From the NCBI GenBank assembly GCA_000320545.1, contig ADNK01002977.1, positions 1 through 37,230 on the forward strand: a stretch of 37,230 bases of DNA. Direction: 5' to 3'. Position numbers and translations under genes: made by a program. This document shows, piece after piece, positions 36,698 to 37,230 of this stretch. Position 1 is the stretch's first letter. Each line of letters opens with the position of its first letter. This DNA comes from Bigelowiella natans CCMP2755. Lineage: Eukaryota > Protista > Cercozoa. Under the pieces are notes generated by a model. The model did no database searches, had not been told where the DNA came from, and saw only the letters and a program-made list of their open reading frames with translations.

Positions 36698-37230
36698 CAT
36701 CACACATACGGCTGCTGTTGCTGCCGCTGCTTGCATAGTCCGCAGCATTGGCATTGTTGTAGGCACGAGACGGTGACACCCCAGGAGAGTGATGCACAGC
36801 ATGGCTTATCACGGACGCGAATTGTGAGTATCTTGCCTGAAGAGGAGGGCAATAATGGATCATGATGATGATGAGGATAAGGGTTGTTGTTGTTGCTGCT
36901 GTTGTATAATGCCGAGCTAATGATAATGATGATGATGATGATGATAACCACATCGTCGATTATCATTCCCCCCCCCCCCCTTGTGAATAGTGTTTTTTTA
37001 TCACAAAACGCAACAAGGCTTAATCACACCTGCTTTATGGAAGCTGTACGCGGTGTCTCATCTTGCTGTTGTTGCTCTTGCTTCAAGGAATTCAGATTCT
37101 TCGTTTTGTCAAAGGATTTGATTTGACTGAAAATTGATCTTCTCCTGCTCGATAGCTCCTGGTGATTTAGAAAACAGAGGGGAGAGGAAGGAAGAGAAGG
37201 AAAGAGGAGGAGGAGAAGGAGGAGGGGGAG
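30458..37230 (-). CDS. Inositol polyphosphate 5-phosphatase with upstream DEP and PH domains; many exons; 5' end probably outside the window
   Basis: Phosphatase: SATWNCN; IIGLQE; [10 protein letters not shown]; GVGVMG|..[10 protein letters not shown]; NCHLTAH; [10 protein letters not shown]; [18 protein letters not shown]; SDHKPV. DEP: [19 protein letters not shown]|[13 protein letters not shown]: [16 protein letters not shown]. Stop at 30458. Confidence 0.9.
36601..36697. repeat. Inverted (CAT)n / (ATG)n microsatellite pair
   Basis: (cat)n at about 36601-36636 and (tga)n at about 36664-36697, with a ~27-nt spacer. Confidence 0.9.

Overview
Gene-dense eukaryotic nuclear DNA with many short GT-AG introns and abundant intronic microsatellites. 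The style suggests a protist, possibly a chlorarachniophyte-like rhizarian, but the organism cannot be proven from sequence alone. Nine spliced genes can be assembled by hand: BMT5/DUF2431 rRNA methyltransferase (-), flavin amine oxidase (-), GIDE-like plus atypical tyrosine-kinase-like protein (+), DHHC palmitoyltransferase (+), DUF6787-like membrane domain fused to a CPFC glutaredoxin (-), multipass HVA22/REEP-like protein (+), signal-peptide and REEL-tailed superoxide reductase-like protein (-), CCT3 (+) and a DEP-PH-inositol 5-phosphatase (-). The strongest signal lies between genes. Five intergenic blocks are depleted of TpA (none in 2789-3576) and rich in TpG/CpA, while keeping CpG and sparing CTAG. 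Repeat copies in these blocks differ at TA<->TG/CA sites, and one block may be a spliced gene destroyed by such changes. This fits a regional TA->TG/CA (A:T->G:C) hypermutation process, opposite in direction to fungal RIP. All counts and splice models were made by eye.
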